From an uncultured Bacteroidales bacterium (GTDB lineage: Bacteria; Bacteroidota; Bacteroidia; Bacteroidales; Muribaculaceae), in NCBI GenBank assembly GCA_947175245.1, contig CAMWLW010000001.1, positions 36,144-100,143 on the forward strand: a DNA stretch of 64,000 nucleotides, given 5' to 3'. The notes below the pieces were generated by a model. That model was not told the DNA's origin and made no database searches. It saw only the letters and a program-made list of their open reading frames with translations. Positions 36,472-45,919 of this stretch are shown here, one piece after another (within the stretch, counting starts at the first letter, position 1; each line of letters starts with the position of its first letter). Both the position numbers and the translations under genes were made by a program.

Positions 36472-36499
36472 CCGTTATAAGCATATACATTAATTATAC

Positions 36500-38278
36500 A
36501 TGGACAAATATATCGTATCGGCACGCAAGTACCGCCCGTCAACGTTCGCAAGCGTGGTGGGGCAGACGGCACTGACGTCGACGCTCAAAAACGCCATCGC
36601 CACCGACAAGCTGGCCCACGCCTACCTGTTCTGCGGCTCGCGCGGTGTGGGCAAGACGTCGTGTGCGCGCATCTTTGCCAAGACCATCAACTGCGAGAAC
36701 CGCACGCCCGACGGCGACCCGTGCAACGAGTGTGACTCGTGCCGCGCCTTCAACGCCGGCAGCTCGCTCAACATCGTGGAGCTCGACGCGGCGTCAAACA
36801 ACAGCGTCGACGACATCCGCGCCCTTGTCGACCAGGTGCAGGTGACCCCCACCAACGGCCGCTATCGCGTGTTCATCATCGACGAGGTGCACATGCTGTC
36901 GTCGGCAGCGTTCAACGCCTTCCTCAAGACGCTCGAGGAGCCCCCGAGCTATGTAGTATTCATTCTTGCCACTACCGAGAAACACAAAATCATCCCCACC
37001 ATCCTGTCGCGATGCCAGATTTATGACTTCAACCGCATCACTATCAGCGACATGGTCAACCACCTGGAGTATGTAGCCAACAGCGAGGGCATCAAGGCCG
37101 AGCGCTCGGCACTGGGCGTGATAGCATCGAAGGCCGACGGCGCGATGCGCGACGCCCTCTCGATATTCGACCAGGTGGCAGCCTCATCGCGCGGCGAGAT
37201 TACCTACCGCAGCACCATCGACAACCTCAACGTGCTCGACGCTGCCTACTTCAGCCGACTGGTCGACAGCTTCCTGGCATGTGACGTACCGGCAGCGCTG
37301 CTCACCTACAAGGAGATACGCGACCACGGCTTTGACTCACACGCCTTCATCAACGGTCTGGCGGCCTACATACGCGACCTGATGGTGACCCGCGAGGAGT
37401 CGACACGCTCGCTGGTCGACACCGACGAGGCCACGCTCAAGCTCATGAGCGAGCAGGCATCCAAGTGTACGCCCACATTCCTGTATCAGGCCATGAGCCT
37501 GTGCAACGACGCCGACCTCAACTACCGTCAGGCGTCGGCCAAGACCTTCCTCGTCGAGCTGCTGCTCATCAAGCTGTGCCAACTACTCAGCCCCTCCCCC
37601 ATCTTTAGTGGCTACGGAGAGGGGCAGTTAAAACCCATCGCTGTGACATCGACCCCGGCCGATGCCGCCGCGACCGCCACGCAACAGGCCGAAACACCCC
37701 GTGAAGCCGCGCCGTCACAACCAAAGGCGCTGAGCTCACAGCCGGCGGCGTCCCCGGCCAACACCTACACACCACCGGCAGCCCCGATGGCGACACGCCG
37801 TCCACGCACACCGCTGGTGCACACCGTCAGCATACGCAACGGCAGCGCCGCGCTCAGGCAGGAGCAAGCCGAGGCGGCGACACCCGCCGTCGAGGCGCCC
37901 AAACGCTCCAAAGCCTACACTACCGAGCAACTCGTGGCGCTGTGGAAAGATTACATGATGCTTGACCCGACCAAGCGCATACTTCTCAACACGATGCGTG
38001 CCAGCCTGCCCGTGCCGAGCGAGGACGGCCGACCCGACATATTCACCGTCACGGTCGAGATCGAGACACAGCGCGAAGAACTCGAGAGAGAGATGCCATC
38101 ACTGCTCGGTTTCATTCACGACCGTCTCGAGAACGACCACATAGCGTTCGACATCGAACTCAACCAGGGAGCGTCGAGCCCGTCGACATGGAGCGAGCGC
38201 GAAATCATCGAATATCTGATGACCGAGAACAAAAACTTCAAAAAATTAGCCCAGGCGCTCAAACTTTCTTTGACATGA
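36500..38278 (+). CDS. dnaX: DNA polymerase III subunit gamma/tau
   Basis: KYRPSTFASVVGQ. Walker A GSRGVGKTS. Zinc module CNECDSC. VFIIDEVHMLS. ATTEKHKIIPTILSRCQ. Pro/Ala-rich linker before the C-terminal domain. Confidence 0.95.
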   Translation: MDKYIVSARKYRPSTFASVVGQTALTSTLKNAIATDKLAHAYLFCGSRGVGKTSCARIFAKTINCENRTPDGDPCNECDSCRAFNAGSSLNIVELDAASNNSVDDIRALVDQVQVTPTNGRYRVFIIDEVHMLSSAAFNAFLKTLEEPPSYVVFILATTEKHKIIPTILSRCQIYDFNRITISDMVNHLEYVANSEGIKAERSALGVIASKADGAMRDALSIFDQVAASSRGEITYRSTIDNLNVLDAAYFSRLVDSFLACDVPAALLTYKEIRDHGFDSHAFINGLAAYIRDLMVTREESTRSLVDTDEATLKLMSEQASKCTPTFLYQAMSLCNDADLNYRQASAKTFLVELLLIKLCQLLSPSPIFSGYGEGQLKPIAVTSTPADAAATATQQAETPREAAPSQPKALSSQPAASPANTYTPPAAPMATRRPRTPLVHTVSIRNGSAALRQEQAEAATPAVEAPKRSKAYTTEQLVALWKDYMMLDPTKRILLNTMRASLPVPSEDGRPDIFTVTVEIETQREELEREMPSLLGFIHDRLENDHIAFDIELNQGASSPSTWSEREIIEYLMTENKNFKKLAQALKLSLT

Positions 38279-38338
38279 CGGTGTTCTTATTAATGTTTTA
38301 ACTCATTTTTCAACTATTTATTAAATTGACTACTACTT

Positions 38339-38773
38339 ATGGGTAAGTTTCTTTCTGATTTCAAAGCGTTTGCCATGAAGGGCAACATCATCGACATGGC
38401 AGTCGGCGTTATCATCGGCGGTGCGTTCGGCAAAATCGTGTCATCGCTCGTTAACGACATCATCATGCCCCTCGTGAGCATGGCAACCGGCAGCGCCACC
38501 TTCTCAGGCCTCAAAGCCACACTGAGAGACGCACAACTCGACGAGGCCGGCGAGGTTGTCAAGGAAGCCGTTACATTCAACTACGGTATGTTCATCCAGA
38601 ACATTGTTGACTTCCTTATCATCGCTTTCTGTATCTTCGTTGCCATACGCATGATAATGAAATTCAAGAAGAAAGAAGAAGAGGCACCCGCGCCTGCTCC
38701 CGAACCCTCAAAAGAAGAAGTGCTCCTCACCGAGATACGCGACCTCCTGAAGCAGCAAGGCGAGAAGAAATAA
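38339..38773 (+). CDS. mscL: Large-conductance mechanosensitive channel
   Basis: [37 protein letters not shown] is the MscL TM1 signature. 144 aa. Confidence 0.93.
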   Translation: MGKFLSDFKAFAMKGNIIDMAVGVIIGGAFGKIVSSLVNDIIMPLVSMATGSATFSGLKATLRDAQLDEAGEVVKEAVTFNYGMFIQNIVDFLIIAFCIFVAIRMIMKFKKKEEEAPAPAPEPSKEEVLLTEIRDLLKQQGEKK

Positions 38774-38792
38774 TCGCCTGTCCGTCATATAG

Positions 38793-39323
38793 ATGCACCC
38801 TATATACCTCATAGGCTACATGGGCTGCGGCAAGACCACACTGGGTCGTGCCGTGGCTCATGCTGCGTCCATGCGGTTCGTCGATCTCGACGAGCTTATC
38901 GAGCAGGAACAGGGCATGACCATCAGCGAGATATTTGCCACGCACGGCGAGGAGACCTTCCGCCGCCTCGAGCGCGAGACCCTCGGGCGCGTGTCATCAC
39001 TCAGCGACGTCATCATTGCCACCGGCGGCGGTACGCCATGCCGCGACGGCATGATGGAGCTGATGCTCGCCACCGGCACCACTGTCTACCTCGAGACCGA
39101 CATTGACCGGCTGCACTCACGCCTCGCCGTGGCGCGCGCCACCCGGCCGCTGATAGCACGGCTCAACGACGACGAGCTGCGCGAGTTCATCATCTCGTCA
39201 CTCAACGCCCGCCTGCCCCACTACACCCGCGCCGCCGCGCGCTTTGACTCGACACAGCTCGAAGACGAAGAGCAGATTGCCGCCACCACCCACCGATTTA
39301 TAAACCAATTCATTACCCGATGA
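38793..39323 (+). CDS. aroK: Shikimate kinase
   Basis: IYLIGYMGCGKTTLGR (Walker A) ... FVDLDELIE ... TGGGTP. 176 aa. Confidence 0.9.
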   Translation: MHPIYLIGYMGCGKTTLGRAVAHAASMRFVDLDELIEQEQGMTISEIFATHGEETFRRLERETLGRVSSLSDVIIATGGGTPCRDGMMELMLATGTTVYLETDIDRLHSRLAVARATRPLIARLNDDELREFIISSLNARLPHYTRAAARFDSTQLEDEEQIAATTHRFINQFITR

Positions 39324-40501
39324 ACGATAGCTACACCACCCCGCTTGAACAAGCCGCACAGGTGGCTACATCGCGCCGCCGGCTCACGATAGGACTGCCG
39401 CGCAGCGCACAGTCGGCCGAGCGCCGATTTCCGCTGACCCCCGAGGCCGTCAACATACTCGTTGAGCAGGGCTTCACCGTCAAGATGGAGCGGGGCGCCG
39501 CCGATGTGATTCACTATACCGACAACCGCTACTCGCGCTGCGGCGCCGCCATTGTCGACCGACGCTCAACCCTGCAGTGTGACCTTGTCATACACCTGTC
39601 GCCGCTCTCGGTGGCCGATGTCAACGACATGAAGCGCGGCGCCATGCTGCTGACGCTGTTCCACTCGTCGGCCAAGCTCACACGCCCGCTCGTCGACGCG
39701 CTCATGCGCCACGGCATCATAGCCATCGCCCTCGACCTCATCAAGGAGCCTCAGGGTCACGCGCTGTTTGCCGATATATTGAGCGAAATCGACGGCCGCG
39801 CGTCAATAGCCATTGCGTCGTCACTGCTGGCCGACGCCATTCGCGGCAAGGGTATCTTGCTTGGTGGTGTCGCCGGCATCGTGCCGTGTGAGGTAATGAT
39901 ACTGGGCAGCGGACTGGCCGCACGCGCCGCCGCCATGTCGGCTATCGGACTGGGCGCACAGGTGCGCATGTTTGACAGCGACACCTACTCGCTGCGGTCG
40001 GCGCTCGCCGCCCTCGGCCCCGGAGTCGCAGGGTCGGTACCCCACCCCCATGTAGTAGATAACGCGCTCCGAAGCGCCGATATCGTGATAGCCACCACAA
40101 TGAGCAACGCCCCGGCCATTGACAGCGACCGTGTCGAGCTTATGAAGCGCGGCGTCATCACATTCGATATATCGTCAACCCCGGGCAAGGTATTCCCATC
40201 GATGCCTACCGTCGACCTCGCCGTGGCGCGCAGCTGTGACAACACCCTTGACGGCTACCGCGTGTGCTACATCAACGCCGGCAGCGCCGTGCCACGCACG
40301 GCAGCTATGGCGCTGAGCAACTCGCTCGTTACCATGCTCCACGACGTCGTGACGTGTGAGGGCATAAGCAATGCCGTCAAGCTCACCCCCGGCTTGCAGG
40401 GTGCCACCCTCACATTCAGCGGCCACGCCGTCAATCCCGAGATAGCACGCATAGCCGGTTGCCGTCCCACCGACCTGGCCTTATTCCTGCAACTGTCATG
40501 A
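39320..40501 (+). CDS. Alanine dehydrogenase / PNT-alpha-like NAD(P)-dependent dehydrogenase (substrate not certain)
   Basis: LTIGLPRSAQSAERRFPLTPEAV resembles the AlaDH N-terminus. Rossmann motif VMILGSGLAARAAAMSAIGLGAQVRMFD. Its start overlaps the aroK stop (ATGA). Confidence 0.6.
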   Translation: MNDSYTTPLEQAAQVATSRRRLTIGLPRSAQSAERRFPLTPEAVNILVEQGFTVKMERGAADVIHYTDNRYSRCGAAIVDRRSTLQCDLVIHLSPLSVADVNDMKRGAMLLTLFHSSAKLTRPLVDALMRHGIIAIALDLIKEPQGHALFADILSEIDGRASIAIASSLLADAIRGKGILLGGVAGIVPCEVMILGSGLAARAAAMSAIGLGAQVRMFDSDTYSLRSALAALGPGVAGSVPHPHVVDNALRSADIVIATTMSNAPAIDSDRVELMKRGVITFDISSTPGKVFPSMPTVDLAVARSCDNTLDGYRVCYINAGSAVPRTAAMALSNSLVTMLHDVVTCEGISNAVKLTPGLQGATLTFSGHAVNPEIARIAGCRPTDLALFLQLS

Positions 40502-41145
40502 GCTCACATCGCAGGAAGTATTACGTCGTTTGGGCCGGACACGATACCGGCGTCTTCGACAACTGGGAAGACTGCCAGCAACAGATTAACGGGTTCCCGG
40601 GCGCCCGCTACAAGAGTTTTGACTCAAAAGAGGCTGCCGTCAATGCCTATCGCGGCGACCCGTCGGAGTATATCGGCATCATACGCAAGATATTCACCCA
40701 CCCCGCTGCTCCGGTCAACTATGACGCCATCCCGGCCATCAGGCAGGACGCGCTCGCCGTCGACGGCGCCTGTGCCAAGAACCCCGGCCCGATGGAGTAC
40801 CGATGCGTGCGCGTAGGCACCGGCGAGGAGGTGTTTCACATGGGCCCGCTTGACGACGGCACCAACAATATAGGCGAATACCTCGCCTTGGTACACGCGC
40901 TCGCCATGCTCGACAAACAGGGCGACCACCTGACCCCCGTCTACAGCGACAGCCGCACGGCCCAGGCGTGGCTCAAACGCCGCGGCCACAAAAGCTCGCT
41001 GGCCCGCACGCCGCGCAATGCACGCATCTTCGAACTGCTCGACCGTGCCGATGCCTGGGTGCAGACTCACGACATCCTTAACCCCGTGATAAAATGGGAC
41101 ACCGAAAACTGGGGCGAGATTCCGGCCGACTTCGGTCGCAAATAA
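40498..41145 (+). CDS. rnhA: Ribonuclease HI with an N-terminal hybrid-binding (RNase H1-type) domain
   Basis: The ATG at 40498 overlaps the upstream stop (ATGA). YYVVWAGHDTGVFDNWEDCQQQINGFPGARYKSFDSKEAAVNAY is the HBD. Catalytic blocks: AVDGAC, TNNIGEYLALVHAL, VYSDS. Confidence 0.85.
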   Translation: MSSHRRKYYVVWAGHDTGVFDNWEDCQQQINGFPGARYKSFDSKEAAVNAYRGDPSEYIGIIRKIFTHPAAPVNYDAIPAIRQDALAVDGACAKNPGPMEYRCVRVGTGEEVFHMGPLDDGTNNIGEYLALVHALAMLDKQGDHLTPVYSDSRTAQAWLKRRGHKSSLARTPRNARIFELLDRADAWVQTHDILNPVIKWDTENWGEIPADFGRK

Positions 41146-41148
41146 CAC

Positions 41149-42060
41149 ATGGAGATGTCTGACAATCAAGTACCCGTAGGCCGTTTCGCGCCATCGCCCT
41201 CAGGGCGTATGCACCTGGGCAACATCTACGCCGCCGTGATGTCATGGCTGTCGGTGCGCCGTCGCGGAGGCCGATGGATTCTGCGCATCGAGGATCTTGA
41301 CCCTCAACGCTCGAAACCCGAACACGCCCTGATGATTGAGGACGACCTGCAGTGGCTCGGCCTTGACTGGGACGAAGGCGGCCTTGACAATCGCGGCCCC
41401 CACGGGCCATACGTCCAGAGCCGGCGCCACGACATCTACAGGCAGTATCTCGACCGCCTGGAGGCGACAGGATTCACCTACAAGTGCCGGTGCACACGCG
41501 CCGACATCATGGCAACACAGGCGCCTCACCAGTCGGACGGCCGCATCATCTACTCGGGGCGTTGCCGCCCGGCCGTGATGCCGTGCCACGACACCGACCC
41601 GTCGGCCCCCGGCGCCACACGCCTGTATGTGCCCGACCGCGATATCAAGTTTGACGACCTGCTCGCCGGGCCACAGTGCTTCAATCTGGCCCGTGACTGT
41701 GGCGACTTCATACTGCGCCGCGCCGACGGTGCATGGTCTTACCAGCTCGCCGTCGTGGTTGACGACGCGCTCATGGGCGTCACCGAGGTAATGCGTGGCA
41801 GCGACCTGTTACTCTCGGCCGCACAACAGATTTATCTATATGAATTATTGGGATTTGAGCCGCCGCGATTTGCCCACCTGCCGTTGCTCACCAACGAGAC
41901 GGGACAGCGCCTCAGCAAGCGCGACAACAGCCTGAGCATGGAGGCATTAAGACAAAACAACCGGCCTGAAGATGTTCTCGGCATGGTAGCTCACGCCGCC
42001 GGGATTATTGACCGGGCACGACCGGTAGCGCTCAGTGAACTGCTTTCTCCCGGTGTATAA
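41149..42060 (+). CDS. gluQ: Glutamyl-Q tRNA(Asp) synthetase (truncated GluRS paralogue)
   Basis: GRFAPSPSGRMHLGN (HIGH-type motif). ILRIEDLD. YQLAVVVDD. RLSKRD (KMSKS-like). About 300 aa with no anticodon-binding domain. Confidence 0.85.
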   Translation: MEMSDNQVPVGRFAPSPSGRMHLGNIYAAVMSWLSVRRRGGRWILRIEDLDPQRSKPEHALMIEDDLQWLGLDWDEGGLDNRGPHGPYVQSRRHDIYRQYLDRLEATGFTYKCRCTRADIMATQAPHQSDGRIIYSGRCRPAVMPCHDTDPSAPGATRLYVPDRDIKFDDLLAGPQCFNLARDCGDFILRRADGAWSYQLAVVVDDALMGVTEVMRGSDLLLSAAQQIYLYELLGFEPPRFAHLPLLTNETGQRLSKRDNSLSMEALRQNNRPEDVLGMVAHAAGIIDRARPVALSELLSPGV

Positions 42061-42162
42061 AAACCAGAGAACAAATCTTTTTTACTTTAAAAATTATCTC
42101 CTATTGGACCTGCTTGGATAGATGGTGCAAATATACACCATATCGGGATATCTACAAAACAA

Positions 42163-42204
42163 ATTCATGGAAAAATCAAATTACACATCGATTTTTCCAT
42201 GAAT
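42163..42204. terminator. Bidirectional rho-independent terminator between the convergent gluQ and GH20 genes
   Basis: Perfect 15-bp stem attcatggaaaaatc (42163-42177) / gatttttccatgaat (42190-42204) with a 12-nt loop. T-rich tail tattattttt on the plus strand and ttgttttg on the minus strand. Confidence 0.65.
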
Positions 42205-42227
42205 TATTATTTTTATAGAACATTTTG

Positions 42228-44522
42228 TCACCAAGCCTGTAGCTCGTCGACAAACATCAGTGCGGGCCATCCGCCCTGCGGGTGATCGGCAGGCAACTTT
42301 GCTACAGGCGCTATGACAACGCGCACTTTTCTAAGGGTACAGGGTGAAAATTCGAGCGTGTGACACTCGATATGGTGATCGGCCTTGGGATCATCGGGAG
42401 GATAGGTCTCGGAGGCAAGTAGCGTGAACGTCTCGCCGTCGGCCGACCCGTAGACCCGGGCCTCGACTGCATCGGCAAGCGCATCGACAGGCTTCACGAC
42501 CGTGCGGAATGACACCCTTGACAACTCGGCTGGCTCGGGTAGCGTCACAGTTGCATCAAAATTTTTAACCGAAAATCCAAGCCAGCGTCCCGTGCGGAAG
42601 TAGCGCGTGCCCTTGAGGCCGTCAACGAGCTGAGGCGCCCCCTGGAATGCGTACACATAGTAAGGCTGGTCGACGAGTTCTACCTCGCCGAATGTCAGTT
42701 TGTTGACTTCGAGTGTATCACACACGGCACGGCCGGCGCGACCGTCGGCCGCGAAGCTGTTCACTTTGATTATACAGTCACGGTCAAGATGCACGGTGCC
42801 GTCATAGAGCGGCGAAGCCTTGGCAGGCTCGGAGCCGTCGAGCGTATAACGTATCTCATAGCCGGGGAGCGCCGTACACGTCATATCGAGACAGCGGTGG
42901 GCGCGGTCGGTCTCATACTTGACGTTGACATTGCTCACGTGGCGGGCATAGTTGTAGCCGCGCGAGTCGTAAGTGTCCATGAGGTGCGGGATGCGGGCGC
43001 GGAAACCCTCGTAGTCCTTGCGGTCGGCATCGACCCACTGCACCTCGCTCAGCGCGGCCATGCGCGGCAGCACGTTATAGCACACGTGGTCAAATGTCTT
43101 GATATATTCAGTCCACAGGTTGGCCTGCACGCCCATCACGAGGTCGGCGCGCTCACCCTCCCACTCGGCGGGACAAGGCTCGAGCGAGTAGACCTTCTCG
43201 ACCGACGTCAGCCCACCCACAGCAAACGGCTCATCGGGGCCGTCGGGGCTCTGAAAGTAATCGAAATAGCAGTATTGTGACGGCGTGAGTATGACGCGAT
43301 GACCACGGCGCGTACCCTCGACGGCACCTGTGACACCATGCCACGACATGATGATGGCGTCGGCCGGAGCCTCACACTCGAGGAGCTCATCCCAGCCTAT
43401 AGGGCTCTTGCCGTGGCGGCGCACTACATCACAGGCGTGGCGTGTAATGTAAGCCTGGAGCTGTGCCTCGGGGCTGACGCCGTCGCGCTCGGTGAGGCCG
43501 AGCTCGGCGATGCGCGCCTGACACTTGGGGCATGCCTGCCACCTGACGCGCGGACACTCGTCGCCACCTATATGTATATAAGGCGCCGGGAACATATCCA
43601 TCACCTCGTCGAGCACATCGGCGATAAATTCGAGCGTCTTGTCATTGCCGGGACACAGCACATCCTCGTTAATGCCCCAGCGCCCCCACACGCTGTAGGG
43701 GCCGCCGGTGCAGCCAAGCTCGGGATAGGCTGCAAGCGCCGCGAGCATGTGACTCGGCAGGTCAATCTCGGGGATAATCTGTATGTGACGGTCGGCCGCA
43801 TATCTCACCAATGAGTCAACATCGGCACGGGTGTAGTACCCGTCGACCGGTGTATGATCATACTCGGGCCCCGTGCGGCCTACTATGGTGCTGTCACGGT
43901 GTGAGCCGATGGTCGTGAGGCGCGGATAACGCTGTATCTCAACGCGCCATCCCTGGTCGTCGGTGAGGTGCAGGTGCAGCGTGTTCATGCCGTGCAGGGC
44001 CATCATGTCGATGTAGGTTTTGACATCGGCCACCGGGAAGAAATGACGCGCGACATCAAGGTGCATGCCGCGGTAACCGAACCTCGGCCTGTCATAGACA
44101 CTGACCGCCGGCAGCAGCACACCACCGTCTGACGGCTGCGGGAGTGACTTTACCAACGTCATGACACCCCTGAAGACGCCGGCCCGCGACGAGCCGTTGA
44201 TCATGATGCTGTCGCCCGTAACACTTAGCGTATAGGCCTCGGGGTTAGGGTCGGCAAGCGTAGACGAGAGAACGATGTGGCCCGACGACACGCCGCCGGA
44301 CACACCGGCAATCATATCGCGCAGCAGACGCGCCTCGCCGGCAAGCGAGTCGGGCGACACGATATCAAAATCACCACCCAACAGGAACGGACGCCCCTGC
44401 TGCATGACAATATCACGCGGCAACGGAATAGTGCGGTAGTCGGCCACGTTTTTAAACGGCTCAGTCGCCGTGAGCGGCAATGTGGCCGACACGACGACTG
44501 AAAACAATAGGTTTCGAAGCAT
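42228..44522 (-). CDS. GH20 beta-N-acetylhexosaminidase with C-terminal CHB_HEX_C-like and discoidin/F5-8-type-C (CBM32-like) modules
   Basis: The ATG at 44520-44522 gives MLRNLLFSVVVSATLPLTA. GYRGMHLDVARHFF. NTLHLHLTDDQGWRVEI. YIHIGGDEC (catalytic D-E pair). C-terminal YTLDGSEP ... and a ~150-aa jelly-roll tail. Its start lies 2 nt after the stop of the upstream DUF4855 gene. Confidence 0.88.
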   Translation of the reverse strand: MLRNLLFSVVVSATLPLTATEPFKNVADYRTIPLPRDIVMQQGRPFLLGGDFDIVSPDSLAGEARLLRDMIAGVSGGVSSGHIVLSSTLADPNPEAYTLSVTGDSIMINGSSRAGVFRGVMTLVKSLPQPSDGGVLLPAVSVYDRPRFGYRGMHLDVARHFFPVADVKTYIDMMALHGMNTLHLHLTDDQGWRVEIQRYPRLTTIGSHRDSTIVGRTGPEYDHTPVDGYYTRADVDSLVRYAADRHIQIIPEIDLPSHMLAALAAYPELGCTGGPYSVWGRWGINEDVLCPGNDKTLEFIADVLDEVMDMFPAPYIHIGGDECPRVRWQACPKCQARIAELGLTERDGVSPEAQLQAYITRHACDVVRRHGKSPIGWDELLECEAPADAIIMSWHGVTGAVEGTRRGHRVILTPSQYCYFDYFQSPDGPDEPFAVGGLTSVEKVYSLEPCPAEWEGERADLVMGVQANLWTEYIKTFDHVCYNVLPRMAALSEVQWVDADRKDYEGFRARIPHLMDTYDSRGYNYARHVSNVNVKYETDRAHRCLDMTCTALPGYEIRYTLDGSEPAKASPLYDGTVHLDRDCIIKVNSFAADGRAGRAVCDTLEVNKLTFGEVELVDQPYYVYAFQGAPQLVDGLKGTRYFRTGRWLGFSVKNFDATVTLPEPAELSRVSFRTVVKPVDALADAVEARVYGSADGETFTLLASETYPPDDPKADHHIECHTLEFSPCTLRKVRVVIAPVAKLPADHPQGGWPALMFVDELQAW

Positions 44523-44524
44523 AA

Positions 44525-45742
44525 TCAACGGTTGCGGTATGGACGCGTGGTTACGAACGTGGCAAACTCGTGATAGAGCTCGACATCGGCCGAGTTGGAC
44601 GAGTGTTTGAGCGTGTGGACGGTATTGTTGTGCTGATAGTAGGCAAGACGCTGGTTGTCCCACACCCCGTTAGCCTTGAAAGCATCCATGTAGTTACGGA
44701 GGCGGTAGGCCTTGCCGCGCGAGGCCAGGGCGTTGTCGTCAAACTCCATCTCCATGCCCATGCCGGCAGCCTTACCCATGTTGCAGGCCTCGTTGAGGCG
44801 CGAGATTGGCACTTCTTCGCTAAAGAAGTAGTTGGGCTGCAGATAAGCATAGTCGAAGCCCCATGTAGCCCACTGTGAGTAACCGTCGGCGGTATAGTAG
44901 GGAATCCAGTTGAACGTGTAGTTGAACCTGTGCATATACTCGGCCACCTTGGGCAGAATAGTATATGTGTTGGTCGACTTCTCGGCTATCCAATAGAAAC
45001 CGGCGAGCTCGATGTTCTTGAAGTTGGCCTTGTCAAAGAGCTCACGCACGCGGTCGATGTACCACTTGCAGGCGGTGACACGGTCGGCATCCTTGGCAAA
45101 GTCGAGCTGCTCGCCATTGACACGACCCCAGTAGGTGGTCGACGACGAGTTGTTGCTCCAGTTCTGACGCGTGATAGGTTCGGGAACTGTAATCACCACG
45201 CGGCGTTTGTAGGGAGGCTCACCGAGGCGCTTGATCGCGTCGCCGACGGTCTCGTCAAGCGCATAGAGGTTGTGCCCCTTGAGGAAGTAGTAGTTGATAA
45301 GGCGCTCCCAGTCATACTTGGTGGCTGAGTTGAGGATGGTGCCGCCCGGATCCTTATAGCCGGTGGCGAACGTTACCATCTGAGAGCCGGTGCCATAGTC
45401 GGCGAACTCGAGGAAGAGGAACGAATCAAAGAACCAGGTCTCGTAGCCCGACTTATTCTTGTAGGTCACGTAGCTCTCGATGCGGTCTTTATCCCAGTTG
45501 GGGATATAGCGCTGAGTACCGCCGCCATAGAACAGTACCATGTCGGTGTAGTCGAGTATCCTCGTGCGCTCCTGTTCCCAGGAATACATCTCGTCACTGT
45601 TGTCGGGGTCGGACGGTTCATTGGGATTGTTGGGGTCGACAGGATTGGTCGGCACGATGATGTAGTCGGGCTCCTTGTCGCCACATGATGACATCAGGGG
45701 CAACAGAGCGAGTGAAAGCAATACACTGAAAATGTGTTTCAT
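44525..45742 (-). CDS. DUF4855-type lipoprotein (uncharacterised, glycosidase-like TIM-barrel suspected)
   Basis: Lipobox LMSSC followed by GDKEPD. It is a clear paralogue of the central part of 57363..59366, e.g. DADRVTACKWYIDRVRELFDKANFKNIELAGFYWIAEKS versus DADRIAACKWYVDKLRERFAAANFQNIEIAGFYWMPEKS. The family assignment is from memory of DUF4855 sequences. Confidence 0.65.
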   Translation of the reverse strand: MKHIFSVLLSLALLPLMSSCGDKEPDYIIVPTNPVDPNNPNEPSDPDNSDEMYSWEQERTRILDYTDMVLFYGGGTQRYIPNWDKDRIESYVTYKNKSGYETWFFDSFLFLEFADYGTGSQMVTFATGYKDPGGTILNSATKYDWERLINYYFLKGHNLYALDETVGDAIKRLGEPPYKRRVVITVPEPITRQNWSNNSSSTTYWGRVNGEQLDFAKDADRVTACKWYIDRVRELFDKANFKNIELAGFYWIAEKSTNTYTILPKVAEYMHRFNYTFNWIPYYTADGYSQWATWGFDYAYLQPNYFFSEEVPISRLNEACNMGKAAGMGMEMEFDDNALASRGKAYRLRNYMDAFKANGVWDNQRLAYYQHNNTVHTLKHSSNSADVELYHEFATFVTTRPYRNR

Positions 45743-45770
45743 ATACAGGTAGAGATTAATTGGAATAAGA

Positions 45771-45894
45771 GGGCGGTGCCACCATTTTGAGTATCAAATC
45801 ATTACAGCTTACACATCATATAACTTCATCTTACTGTCAGTTGAATGATGAAGAAAATGTGTTGATACTTGATACCGGTCATGCAGCACCGCCC
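45771..45894. repeat. Nested inverted repeats forming a long imperfect hairpin in the 177-nt gap between the NAGPA-like and DUF4855 genes
   Basis: gggcggtgc 45771-45779 / gcaccgccc 45886-45894. agtatcaa 45790-45797 / ttgatact 45862-45869. cttcatc 45824-45830 / gatgaag 45847-45853. Confidence 0.7.
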
Positions 45895-45919
45895 CTGTGT
45901 TATGGGGTAGGGTTATAAA

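Noticed and set aside
36500-38278. A programmed -1 frameshift site in dnaX (A AAA AAG type, as in E. coli gamma/tau).
   Set aside because: I found no A AAA AAG heptamer in the middle of the gene. The only A-rich runs (around 38231-38250) are at the extreme 3' end, where a shift would not give a gamma-like product.
45771-45894. An invertible-promoter (phase-variable shufflon-type) interpretation of the inverted repeats in the 45.8-kb gap.
   Set aside because: The flanking repeats are only 9 bp. I found no TAnnTTTG/-33 promoter in either orientation between them. No site-specific recombinase gene is nearby. An RNA structure is the more economical reading.
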